From: Bacteroidales bacterium
GTDB taxonomy: Bacteria > Bacteroidota > Bacteroidia > Bacteroidales > UBA932
Direction of reading: 5' to 3'
NCBI GenBank assembly: GCA_015060455.1
Contig: SUYM01000009.1
Location: forward strand, 23,414 to 87,413
DNA: 64,000 bases
Shown in pieces: positions 47,406 to 56,835 of the stretch; within the stretch, counting starts at the first letter, position 1, and each line of letters begins with the position of its first letter. The position numbers and the translations under genes are program-made. The notes below the pieces were generated by a model that worked only from the letters and a program-made list of their open reading frames with translations, was not told the DNA's origin and did no database searches.

Positions 47406-48977
47406 TTAATATCCCCTGTTCTGCTGTCCTGCCATGCACGATCCGGGAGCCTCAATTTCATGTTGAGGGATAGGCCATACAAGTCTGTAGTCATCTTTGC
47501 CTATTTCGAGAGTGCTTCCTGCTCCGGTCTGGGCGTTTGCCTGAGTCACACGTTTGAAAGCATAGGCAGTCTTCCACTCCTTGAGACCGGTCCAACGTTT
47601 CAGGTCATTCAGACGGAAACCTTCCATATAGAGTTCCTTTACCCTTTCATCCGATATCACCTGAAGCCAATTTGACTCGGAGACAGAAGCCACAGACGCT
47701 CCTCTTGCCTTTGCAAGTTCCCGAAGATCGGCTGTAGCCTTGCCATAGTCCCTGGATGCCGACCGGCAATATGCCTCTGCACGGATGAGATACTGTTCTG
47801 CCAGACGCAATGGCTTTGGCTGAGATACATGGTATATTTTATATGGTATGAAATCGGCCTCATTACCGAAATACTTTATCAGGAGGGTGATGCTCGGATT
47901 GCCTGCATAACCTGTCTGAAGAGTACGGAAATATGCCGTACGTCTGACATCAGAAGATGCGTAAAGGCCTAAAACCCACTCAGACGGCATATAATCCGGA
48001 TATAAATAGACATAGTCGTTGTTATAATTCAGAAAGACCTGGCCCAATGCTCCTCCATAGGAAGTAGGAGTAAAGCCGATCTGCCAGATGATCTCGGTAG
48101 CAAGGTCGTGAGTCCACATGTAATCGAAATACGTATATGCCCTTGTTCCGCCCTGAATTGCATCTGCCCCTGTGGTGTAGTTTGCATTTGTCGAGAGAGC
48201 AAACGCCTCGTTTTCAATAACTTCGGTTGCATATTTGATTGCTGCATCCCAATCCTGCATAAAGAGCGCTACTCTTGCGTGAAGCGCTTTGGCAGATGCC
48301 TCGGTAGCATAAGGATTGGTGTACCAGTCATTCTCCTCATCAAGCAACTCCTCTGCCTTCTTGAGGTCGCGGATCACAAAATCAAATGACTGTTTCAAAG
48401 TCGAACGTTTTTGAGGCTTTGCCCCGAAATATGTACTGTCAAGAGCAACTCCCATCTGCGGAACGGCCGCATCAGGATCGTATGCCTCACAGAAACACTT
48501 GATGAGTTCCGCATAAGCATTTGCTCTTGCACAATACACCTCTCCTGTATAGTAGTCAAGGTATGTGATCTGATCATCATCAGTGATGCTTTCGCGCAGA
48601 GCCTCCACCTGGTCAAGATAGAAATTACATCTTGCGACCACCGTATAGAGAGAACCATAGACAGCCTCTATTTCCTTGTTGGTAGGGCGGACATCCCACT
48701 GCCATATAGGGCCGTAAGTATTTGAGTTTCCCTGTACGGCATGAACCAGATCCGCCTGAATATCAGGAAGCAGCGTCAGATAGCCGCTGTACAATGCTCC
48801 GCTCATATAGGCATTGTAGATACCTGTAAGGGTCTGTTCTGCATCATTGAATGTCTTCATGCCTTCGTTCTCGAGGATTGCATCCCCAGGAATCTTGTCA
48901 AGGCATGAGGACAGACCTATGACTACGGCAAATGCTGCAGCCACCCTCATAATTTTATTATATATGTTTTTCATCAT
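47406..48977 (-). CDS. SusD/RagB family lipoprotein
   Basis: Lipobox LSSC; LRLAEQYLIRAEA, ERVKELYMEGFR..DLKRW, WPIPQ.E. Confidence 0.93.
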   Translation of the reverse strand: MMKNIYNKIMRVAAAFAVVIGLSSCLDKIPGDAILENEGMKTFNDAEQTLTGIYNAYMSGALYSGYLTLLPDIQADLVHAVQGNSNTYGPIWQWDVRPTNKEIEAVYGSLYTVVARCNFYLDQVEALRESITDDDQITYLDYYTGEVYCARANAYAELIKCFCEAYDPDAAVPQMGVALDSTYFGAKPQKRSTLKQSFDFVIRDLKKAEELLDEENDWYTNPYATEASAKALHARVALFMQDWDAAIKYATEVIENEAFALSTNANYTTGADAIQGGTRAYTYFDYMWTHDLATEIIWQIGFTPTSYGGALGQVFLNYNNDYVYLYPDYMPSEWVLGLYASSDVRRTAYFRTLQTGYAGNPSITLLIKYFGNEADFIPYKIYHVSQPKPLRLAEQYLIRAEAYCRSASRDYGKATADLRELAKARGASVASVSESNWLQVISDERVKELYMEGFRLNDLKRWTGLKEWKTAYAFKRVTQANAQTGAGSTLEIGKDDYRLVWPIPQHEIEAPGSCMAGQQNRGY

Positions 48978-48989
48978 AATCTAAAGGAA

Positions 48990-51932
48990 TTAAAACATCA
49001 GATCGAGACCGAAAGTGAACTGCCGTGACATAGGATACTGAGCAGCATACAGATTCGTTGTACCCTCCGGGTCCAGACCCGAGAAATTGGTGAATGTAAA
49101 CAGATTCTGAGCCTGTGCATAGACTCTGAGCCCTCTTATCACCACTGTCTTCTTCAAGAGATCCGCCGGCAGACTGTAGGAAAGCATCAAGTTCTTCAGA
49201 CGAAGGAACGATGCATCTTCGAGAAGACGGCTGTCGAACTCGGTAAAGACTCCATGACGCGGAATGTCGGTAACATCACCCGGCTTCTTCCAGCGGTCAA
49301 GCAGTCTGCGGGACTGGTTATATGAAGCGAAACGTCCGTTCGACTCATCGAAATAACGGTCATTATTGAGCATATAGCGGTCTGCAACCCAACTGAACTG
49401 AGCGCTGAGGCTGAGGCCCTTCCATGAAAGAGCGGTTCCGAAACCTCCCTGCCATGGAGCATGGAAAGTCTTGCCTATCAAAACCTTGTCCTCATCACGG
49501 AGTTCGGTTGTGATATTGCCGTTCTTGTCATACCAGAGAGCGTCACCGTTGGCTGGGTTCACACCGGCATATCGGTTGATGTAGAACTCACCAAGAGGAT
49601 GACCCACAACAAGTTTGGTGTTGGTATTTGCAAGTTCATACTCCTGCACACCGTTATAAAGTTCAGTGATCTCGTTATGGTTATAGCCGGCATTTACATT
49701 GACGTTCCATGAGAAATCCTTGATCTGCAGAAGAGTAGCACCCACATTGATTTCCGCACCCATATTCACCATGGTTCCTACGTTGTCCCACATATAGCCA
49801 TAGCCGTTGGACTGAGCATAAGAAAGCGGAACAGACATGAGCATATCTGTCGTTCTCTTTGCATAGAGTTCAAAGTCAACATTGAGCCTGCTCCAGAATC
49901 CGAAATGGAAACCGAGGTTGGTGGTCCATGTATTCTCCCAGGTGAGATTTTCATTACCTGGCTGAACCGGAGCAACTCCGGAATCACCTATGTAGTCAGC
50001 ACCACCGGAAATCAGAGCGAGGTGTTCATAATTAGGTATTTCAGAGTTTCCTGACGTACCGGTACTGAACGAGACCTGAGCAAGATTCAGCCAGTTTCTG
50101 CTGTCCTGCATAAAGCCCTCGTTACGCATGTTCCACATGAAGCCGACTGCTCCGAACAATCCCCAACGGTTGTTCTTTCCGAAACGGGACGATCCGTCAG
50201 TACGAAGCGAAGCCTCGGCGTAATATTTCTCTGCAAAGTTATATTCCGCACGTCCGAAGAACGACACACGTGAATAATCAGATGCCGACATGCTGTCCCA
50301 TGATGTCACCCTTGTACCGGTCACAATGTCTGTGAGTTTGTCATTTGTCTGTCCCTCTGACCTTACACTGAATCTTTCAGCATGGTAATTCTGCCATTCA
50401 TGTCCGAGCAGGAAGTTGAAATCATGGATGTCATCAATTGCAAACCTGTAGTTCAAGGTGTTGGTCCACTGAAGATTGAGACCGTCGCTTGAACTTCTCG
50501 ACGCCATACCTTCTCCGAGGTTCGGAGCATAGGATGCGAATGACTGGCTGAATCCGGTCGTATGAGAGAAGTCAAAACCGAACTGGGTCTTGAAAGTAAG
50601 GTTCTTGTAAAGGTTGAAGTCCGCAAACAAGGTCGAGAACACCTTGTACTTCTTGTATGTGAGAGGATTATTTGCGAGCCACTCCATAGGATTCTGACCC
50701 TGTCCCTTCCATGATCCGTCATTCACCGAAGCGAGCGAACCGTCGGCCTTGTAAGGATCCCAATACGGAAGCATGAAGCGGGACGCCGAGATAGGGGTCA
50801 CAAGAGCATACGCCCCTTCATCGGCCTGCTGGATGTTCTGATAGTTGAACATCGAGTTTGCTCCCATCTTCAGCCATTTGGCCATCTGATGTTCGAAGTT
50901 GAAACGAAGAGAATATCTCTCGAACATAGAGCCGGGAGCGACACCTTCCTGATCGTAATACGCCCCTGAAATGTAATAGTTTGTCTTATCTGTTGCTCCT
51001 GATACGGAAAGTTCATAACTCTGAAGCATCGCAGAGTCGTTGAACACCACATCCATCCAGCTGATATCGATATTTTCAAGATAGTCATAGTTCTGACCTG
51101 CTGTCATGCCGATCTCCTTCTCATACCGGATGCGCTCCTCAGTATTCATCAGGTCCCAGTTGCCATGAGCAAGGGCAGACCATCCCAGTTGAGTGCGGAA
51201 GTTCACGTTAGGCCGGTCCATATTGCGTCCGCGCTTTGTCGTGATCACGATCACACCGTTAGCGGCACGCGCTCCATAGATGGAAGTCGAAGACGCATCC
51301 TTCAGCACTGACATACTCTCGATGTCGGCTGGATTGATGGTATTGAAGTCCGAAGCGGAAATCTCCACACCGTCAAGGATGTAAAGCGGAGATGTTCCCG
51401 AATTGATCGAGTTCGTACCGCGGATCTTCATCGAAGCCGACGCACTTGGCTCACCTGTATTGGAAAGCACAGTAAGACCTGCCACCTGACCCTGAAGCGC
51501 CTGATCAAAAGCCGCTGTAGGAGTAGTCTCAAGTTTTTCCGACTTGACTGTCGATACGGAACCTGCTACTGTTCCCTTCTTCCTCACGCCGTAAGCAATC
51601 ACCACCACATCGTCCAGTTTCAGACTTTCAGGCTGCATGACCACATTGTGCGTAAAGGTGGCAGCATTAGGGACAACCACCTTCTCGTCATTGAATCCGA
51701 TGCTGGAAAACGTCAACTCTGTTCCGGGTGCGACCTGGATCGCATAATCTCCGTCCAAAGATGTGACCACTCCGTTACCATTTCCGTCCATGACGGCTAC
51801 ACCGATCATCGGAAGCCCGTCGTCCGCAGACGTCACCACTCCGCTGACCTTCACCGAGGTCTGTGCAAGAGAGGCCGCCACACCGGAAACAGACAGCAGA
51901 ACAGCCAAAAACAGTTTTTTCAAATTTCTCAT
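48990..51932 (-). CDS. SusC/RagA TonB-dependent transporter (no STN extension)
   Basis: Signal peptide, VVIAYG, LKDASSTSIYGARAANGVIVITTK, terminal F. Confidence 0.96.
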   Translation of the reverse strand: MRNLKKLFLAVLLSVSGVAASLAQTSVKVSGVVTSADDGLPMIGVAVMDGNGNGVVTSLDGDYAIQVAPGTELTFSSIGFNDEKVVVPNAATFTHNVVMQPESLKLDDVVVIAYGVRKKGTVAGSVSTVKSEKLETTPTAAFDQALQGQVAGLTVLSNTGEPSASASMKIRGTNSINSGTSPLYILDGVEISASDFNTINPADIESMSVLKDASSTSIYGARAANGVIVITTKRGRNMDRPNVNFRTQLGWSALAHGNWDLMNTEERIRYEKEIGMTAGQNYDYLENIDISWMDVVFNDSAMLQSYELSVSGATDKTNYYISGAYYDQEGVAPGSMFERYSLRFNFEHQMAKWLKMGANSMFNYQNIQQADEGAYALVTPISASRFMLPYWDPYKADGSLASVNDGSWKGQGQNPMEWLANNPLTYKKYKVFSTLFADFNLYKNLTFKTQFGFDFSHTTGFSQSFASYAPNLGEGMASRSSSDGLNLQWTNTLNYRFAIDDIHDFNFLLGHEWQNYHAERFSVRSEGQTNDKLTDIVTGTRVTSWDSMSASDYSRVSFFGRAEYNFAEKYYAEASLRTDGSSRFGKNNRWGLFGAVGFMWNMRNEGFMQDSRNWLNLAQVSFSTGTSGNSEIPNYEHLALISGGADYIGDSGVAPVQPGNENLTWENTWTTNLGFHFGFWSRLNVDFELYAKRTTDMLMSVPLSYAQSNGYGYMWDNVGTMVNMGAEINVGATLLQIKDFSWNVNVNAGYNHNEITELYNGVQEYELANTNTKLVVGHPLGEFYINRYAGVNPANGDALWYDKNGNITTELRDEDKVLIGKTFHAPWQGGFGTALSWKGLSLSAQFSWVADRYMLNNDRYFDESNGRFASYNQSRRLLDRWKKPGDVTDIPRHGVFTEFDSRLLEDASFLRLKNLMLSYSLPADLLKKTVVIRGLRVYAQAQNLFTFTNFSGLDPEGTTNLYAAQYPMSRQFTFGLDLMF

Positions 51933-51966
51933 CAGTATCTATTGTAAATTTTTCCGCAAAATCGTG

Positions 51967-51974
51967 CAAAGATA
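51967..51974 (-). promoter_or_regulatory. -7 promoter element (TATCTTTG) for the second susC
   Basis: Exact consensus 34 nt upstream of the ATG. Confidence 0.7.
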
Positions 51975-52098
51975 CTGAATTTTAAGCAGAATGCAAGCGG
52001 AGCGACGCCATTCCACACTTGCAAATCAGTCATTCATGGAGATTTAGCATATTTTTAACATACTTTCACTTTTAAACCGAAGTAACTGAAAAGTACAA

Positions 52099-52128
52099 GC
52101 GGACTGAGTGAAAAAATTCTCAGTCCGC
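52099..52128 (-). terminator. Putative terminator after the pilin-like cluster
   Basis: gcggactgag/ctcagtccgc 10-bp stem followed by a T-rich sequence on the minus strand. Confidence 0.5.
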
Positions 52129-52181
52129 GGCCGGACGACAAGAGAAAACTAACAATCTGTAAGCAGAAATCAATTTTTGCA

Positions 52182-54569
52182 TCACAAATCATCAATATAA
52201 CAGCCGAATTCTGAGGTATTACAACCTGCCCAGCATGACGCCCCATTGATCGTCATATACAATTGTCCAGTATAACCCTTTGAGACCTGTTCCGTCTTTA
52301 TTGTCTTGCCTATCAACGGTTTCCACGTTTCCATCCAGTACTCCGCCTTATGATTTACATTTACAAGAGAACCATTTCTGTTCCCCGGAAACAGATCTCT
52401 TCCAGGTCCATAGAACGTCCATTGAAAGCCTCGTCTGCATCTGTTCGGATATCTTACGATTTCTAAATTATACTTCGCATACGGAACATTGGACGTCAGT
52501 CCGCCATTCATGAAATAGAAAGGAGTAGTGAACGTCGAATAGTCATATTCCCTCCCCTGTTTTGATGACACACCTGTATGTATCGAGTAAAAATAGAACT
52601 CATTCCAACGGTCCGTCAACCTCCAGTCAGCAAACAGAGCCTGACCGCACGCGGCATCACTCCAACCATATGGACGTGAACCGAAGACCGGCAGATTCCC
52701 ATTTCCGACACCACCCAGACCCAGTCCCGACTTATCCTCCTTGTCATAGTAATAATCTATTGACACATAACTGTTTTCAGACGAATAGTACAGCATTTCA
52801 TACTTGCCGTTGTCCGCCATATTCGGAAATTTAGCCGGATACCTGAGCGAACCTGACCCCCATGTAGCCTTGACGATTTCATCTGGACCCATATATAAAT
52901 TTTCCGATGTTCTCATGCGCGGGAAAACAAGCGTCCCGTCCGCATTCCTTGGTTCCGCAACTCCACGGACAATAAAGTCAATCGTACTCAAATTACTCGG
53001 ACTGACACCGGCGGCCAATGACCCGACCTCCTGCGCTCTCATTTCAGAACCAGACCATTCCCCAGCAGTCCGGGCCGTACTGCCATAATTATAATCAGTC
53101 TGCACCGCAAGCCTCAGCCCCATAGGATCCATACCCCTCATCACAACCTTATACCCCTGGCTATCAGCATTTTCCAGATTCAACAACAAAGGAAAGAGTT
53201 TATAATAAGTCTTTACAGTCAGGTCCTTCGAATAAAGCGGTTCTCCGTTAAATGTCTCCTTGCCGGTAATCCTCACAGTCGTGGTATAATAATCCGGATC
53301 AGAGCCATATTCATATAGTCCCTGCAAGTCCCGGCATGACGTGAATCTTAACCCAAGCGCCTTTCCAAGGGATGCGGAGCCTCTGTAATCAACGATTTCC
53401 TTAGACACACTCACATTGGCACATCTTACGGTTGCCGCATCCGGTCTGACAACCTCACACCCTGGCAAATCAACATCGAAATCCAAAAGGTTTCCATCCT
53501 TGTCAAAAGCCTGTACATATATCATATCCTCTGCTCCCACAACGACCTGGGCAACCTCCTTGTCGATTTTGACACCTACGATTTCCGGATAGTCAGCCTC
53601 AATACGCCACTCCTCCTCATTGACCATATTCTGGGTAAAGTCAAGCAATATCTCATATAAGGTATTCCTCCTGATTGAAAAATCAGTGGTTGTATTCTCA
53701 CCCGGATAGAAACGGTATCTGCAATCAGTATATTTCGCACATGGTGTGGAGACATCCGCCGTTATCTCTATATAAGTACAGCAGTGCGCCACATCTTCCG
53801 GCAACGAGGAAGGTATCTTGAGTTTCGGATCCGTATTGCCCGGCAGCAATTCTCCCTGCACATTCTCAATAAAATACAAGGACACCGTCTGTCCGTCGTT
53901 CAAGGCGTTTATATCCTCAGCGGTCAATACATCTGCGGCTGCCTCATCATCATAGGGAACTGAGCCCGAAAAGACAGCAGCCTTACTCTCCTCACGGAAG
54001 GGATACACATCAAGAGCACAGTTCATAACACGGACATCCTTTATCAGATAATCCACATCATCCGACCGGGTGCGCATGCTTATATTAAACTGACCCACAA
54101 GTCTTTTCAAGGCAAATTCAGCCTTCTGGCCCCGTTTGAATGAAGGGAACATTCCTACGACAGGAACTCCGACCGACTTGAAATCCGAATAACCATTAAG
54201 CCAAAATCTTTCCCACCACAATCCCTCTTCATAAGATGGTGCATCCTGCCATCCCACATTACCGAACATATATATGTTAACGTCATCCACGCCCTCCGGG
54301 AAGGAAAGCATCAACGATGACATATCGTCATAATAACCGCTATGCTCTCTCAACAACTCACCCTTATGATATACGAAGATATTCAGATCGGTCAGACGTG
54401 ACATATCATCTTCCGAAAGGGTCGAACGTACAGAAGACATATTCTGAGGAGGAGCGACATACACCTTTATCGGGAATTGATCTATACCGGCCTCACAAGG
54501 CACCGGTTCCTTCTCATCTATGCACGAGCACACCAGGAGAAGGCACAAAAACAACGCAAGATTCTTCAT
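52182..54569 (-). CDS. Fimbrial tip/adhesin-like lipoprotein (DUF4906-like)
   Basis: Lipobox VCSC; RSTL, DLNIFVY, LKRLV, LYFIEN.QG, CTYIE, YRFYPG....DF...RN motifs. Confidence 0.7.
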   Translation of the reverse strand: MKNLALFLCLLLVCSCIDEKEPVPCEAGIDQFPIKVYVAPPQNMSSVRSTLSEDDMSRLTDLNIFVYHKGELLREHSGYYDDMSSLMLSFPEGVDDVNIYMFGNVGWQDAPSYEEGLWWERFWLNGYSDFKSVGVPVVGMFPSFKRGQKAEFALKRLVGQFNISMRTRSDDVDYLIKDVRVMNCALDVYPFREESKAAVFSGSVPYDDEAAADVLTAEDINALNDGQTVSLYFIENVQGELLPGNTDPKLKIPSSLPEDVAHCCTYIEITADVSTPCAKYTDCRYRFYPGENTTTDFSIRRNTLYEILLDFTQNMVNEEEWRIEADYPEIVGVKIDKEVAQVVVGAEDMIYVQAFDKDGNLLDFDVDLPGCEVVRPDAATVRCANVSVSKEIVDYRGSASLGKALGLRFTSCRDLQGLYEYGSDPDYYTTTVRITGKETFNGEPLYSKDLTVKTYYKLFPLLLNLENADSQGYKVVMRGMDPMGLRLAVQTDYNYGSTARTAGEWSGSEMRAQEVGSLAAGVSPSNLSTIDFIVRGVAEPRNADGTLVFPRMRTSENLYMGPDEIVKATWGSGSLRYPAKFPNMADNGKYEMLYYSSENSYVSIDYYYDKEDKSGLGLGGVGNGNLPVFGSRPYGWSDAACGQALFADWRLTDRWNEFYFYSIHTGVSSKQGREYDYSTFTTPFYFMNGGLTSNVPYAKYNLEIVRYPNRCRRGFQWTFYGPGRDLFPGNRNGSLVNVNHKAEYWMETWKPLIGKTIKTEQVSKGYTGQLYMTINGASCWAGCNTSEFGCYIDDL

Positions 54570-54578
54570 GGCAACAAC

Positions 54579-55592
54579 CTAAAACTCAGCATTATACAGA
54601 TTTCCCACAGACCAGTCCTCAATTACCACAGTCGCCCTTATTTCGCCCTTCTGAATGACCCCGTCAGGCGGAAGCGGTGCACCGAGATTAGTAATCACCG
54701 CATCAACTGCACATGACACATTTGCTTTCAGTCCCTTATCAAGGGGCACGCGATAATAATACTGATGACCATCTATTGTAACGAGCAGGTAAAGGCAAGT
54801 ATAATCATCTGTCTGATTTGGCTGACAATACAGATAGACCGGCGAAGAAAAGGTCTGACCAGAATACACGTCACTCCCGACAGACCGGTAAAGGCTTTCC
54901 GGACATCTACCCAAGGTGCCGTCCAAGCCTATGGGCAAGGTCTTTCCGGCATCCTGATATCCGCCAATATTCGCCATTACAGACACAGTCCCTCCAAGAG
55001 TCTGACACACATAGGCATTACCCAGAAAGGCGCAGTCGAGGGTCATCTTTTCATACTGACGGGCAAGATTGCATTTTACGCTTCTCAGGACAACACGGGA
55101 AACAAGCCTCGCCACATTAACCTGAGGCTTTGCCACAACAGCGGATTTTACCTCACACTCGGCACTGCCGACCATCGTGAAACCCGATTGCATCAGATTC
55201 CGTCCGGTCAGTTCATCAACAAGATGCAGCAGGTCATCCACCATATGCACCCCACCCAGATCGGGTCCGTTGACGACAGCATAGACAATTTTGGCTCCGA
55301 CAGGAAGTTCAAAGACACACTCATCATTGATCGACGAAAGCATGGCAGAACGTTCAAGGCGCCCCGAAATCCGGTCAAAGACCAATACTTCCAGACTCTC
55401 CACCTTCGACTCCCCGCCCAGCACGACATCATAATCACTCAACGCCTTGACGCAGGGTGCATCAACTTGCAGAAGCACAGACATGACACCTTCACCTACA
55501 ACATTTTCACCCCGATTATCCAAGGCATCTTCATCATTGCAACTTACCACAAAAGCAAACATCGTCCACAGGACATAAACAATTCTTTTCAT
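54579..55592 (-). CDS. Fimbrial (FimA/Mfa-like) lipoprotein
   Basis: Lipobox VVSC; E..V.SL.VLVFD, YAVVN, V.RLVSRV, YYYRVPL, terminal V.DW strand. Confidence 0.72.
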   Translation of the reverse strand: MKRIVYVLWTMFAFVVSCNDEDALDNRGENVVGEGVMSVLLQVDAPCVKALSDYDVVLGGESKVESLEVLVFDRISGRLERSAMLSSINDECVFELPVGAKIVYAVVNGPDLGGVHMVDDLLHLVDELTGRNLMQSGFTMVGSAECEVKSAVVAKPQVNVARLVSRVVLRSVKCNLARQYEKMTLDCAFLGNAYVCQTLGGTVSVMANIGGYQDAGKTLPIGLDGTLGRCPESLYRSVGSDVYSGQTFSSPVYLYCQPNQTDDYTCLYLLVTIDGHQYYYRVPLDKGLKANVSCAVDAVITNLGAPLPPDGVIQKGEIRATVVIEDWSVGNLYNAEF

Positions 55593-55610
55593 AATACAAT
55601 CCGATTTAAA

Positions 55611-56690
55611 TCAATACAACACATACTCGACGGTATTCTTGACTCCGCACAGTCCGAAATAAGAAGCGACTATATCCCCCTTTACAGCCACCCTCTTCCC
55701 TATCAGTTCCGGATGTCCGACAAGATTAAGAGCCTCACGTACCTGATTGTCAGGCAGTTGCACCGAGAGGCAGGAAGTACGGTCCGTAACCGTGGAGCGA
55801 GGACCGAGAAGAAGATTGGTCTGCGACTTGAACGGAGGATCGAAGGAGGCAGAAGCCGAAGTAAGGTCCCCGCCTACGATATATCCTGTAACCCAGACAT
55901 CCTCACTGCCGACTGCATTGACAGCATCTGACACGGTCATGGCGTCGGACTCCTGCGTTCCTGAAGAGGCCCCTCCCACGACAAGGTCCTCATGAAGCCA
56001 CACCCTTGTGGTATCAAGCGAGACAGCCACGCCACACCCGCTGGCCCCGGTCTGAGACACGGGTGCGGACAAGGTCACCGTCACCATATCACGCTCCTTC
56101 AAGTCCTTCACCATGATGACCTCATCCTTACCACCCTGGCTCATCATTACCGAAACACTTCCCGGCAGGAAATAGGCAGTACGCTTCTCAGCAAATGAAT
56201 ACATGAGATTCCCCGATGATGATTTCAGGAAAAGTACGGCATCGGAGTAGGCCGACCTGAAACTTTCAGACAGACTAAGGCGCATCCCGCAATTCATCTG
56301 GGCACAGTCCAGAAGAACACGTGCACTGCCGCCCGCACTTATGGACACACATTGCTCGTCCCCGAACTGAGGAGCATCAAACATAGGCTTGGAAAACTCC
56401 GAAGATTCGGCAATGACCGTATAGTTCCCAGCCCTGACCTCAATCACCTCCGGGCAATCACCATAGGCTCCCTCATACACGGTCTTTCCGGAAGAATCCT
56501 TGATCTTCAACTTGAAATCATTTGTGTCCGGAAGGTTTGCATAGGCCTTTGTCAGCAGTTCGGAACCTCCGGTGAAGAAAACGCTCAACTGTCCCCTGCT
56601 GTCATCACCTTCCCCGAGTTTTCCACAGGAAGCGAGGGTCAGAAGGACAAGCCAAAGCAACCGGCACGAATAAAAAGAATAACACTTCAT
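55611..56690 (-). CDS. Lipoprotein with DUF4493-like N-terminus and DUF6359/OB-fold-like C-terminus
   Basis: Lipobox LASC; PMFDAPQFG; VWVTGYIVGG, ALNL..HPEL, YFG..GVK. Confidence 0.65.
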   Translation of the reverse strand: MKCYSFYSCRLLWLVLLTLASCGKLGEGDDSRGQLSVFFTGGSELLTKAYANLPDTNDFKLKIKDSSGKTVYEGAYGDCPEVIEVRAGNYTVIAESSEFSKPMFDAPQFGDEQCVSISAGGSARVLLDCAQMNCGMRLSLSESFRSAYSDAVLFLKSSSGNLMYSFAEKRTAYFLPGSVSVMMSQGGKDEVIMVKDLKERDMVTVTLSAPVSQTGASGCGVAVSLDTTRVWLHEDLVVGGASSGTQESDAMTVSDAVNAVGSEDVWVTGYIVGGDLTSASASFDPPFKSQTNLLLGPRSTVTDRTSCLSVQLPDNQVREALNLVGHPELIGKRVAVKGDIVASYFGLCGVKNTVEYVLY

Positions 56691-56728
56691 ACACATTTCG
56701 TTGACAGCCGGCGACATTGCCGACTGCG

Positions 56729-56736
56729 CAAATGTA
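56729..56736 (-). promoter_or_regulatory. Putative -7 promoter element (TACATTTG)
   Basis: TAnnTTTG upstream of the pilin-like cluster. Confidence 0.5.
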
Positions 56737-56835
56737 TAATGAAGTGCAAGAGATGAACGGCAAAAAAAGAAATTTATTTTTTGTACACTTTTTTTATGCT
56801 TTAAAATTTCTCTTTTTGCATTTCATAGACATTTT

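Noticed and set aside
52182-53100. Diversity-generating retroelement target in the adhesin C-terminus
   Set aside because: No reverse transcriptase and no template/variable repeat pair seen in the window.
54765-55931. 388-aa plus-strand ORF
   Set aside because: Antisense shadow of two well-supported lipoprotein genes with no recognisable motifs. The same applies to 1823..2545, 33330..34286, 46558..47409 and 61616..62419.
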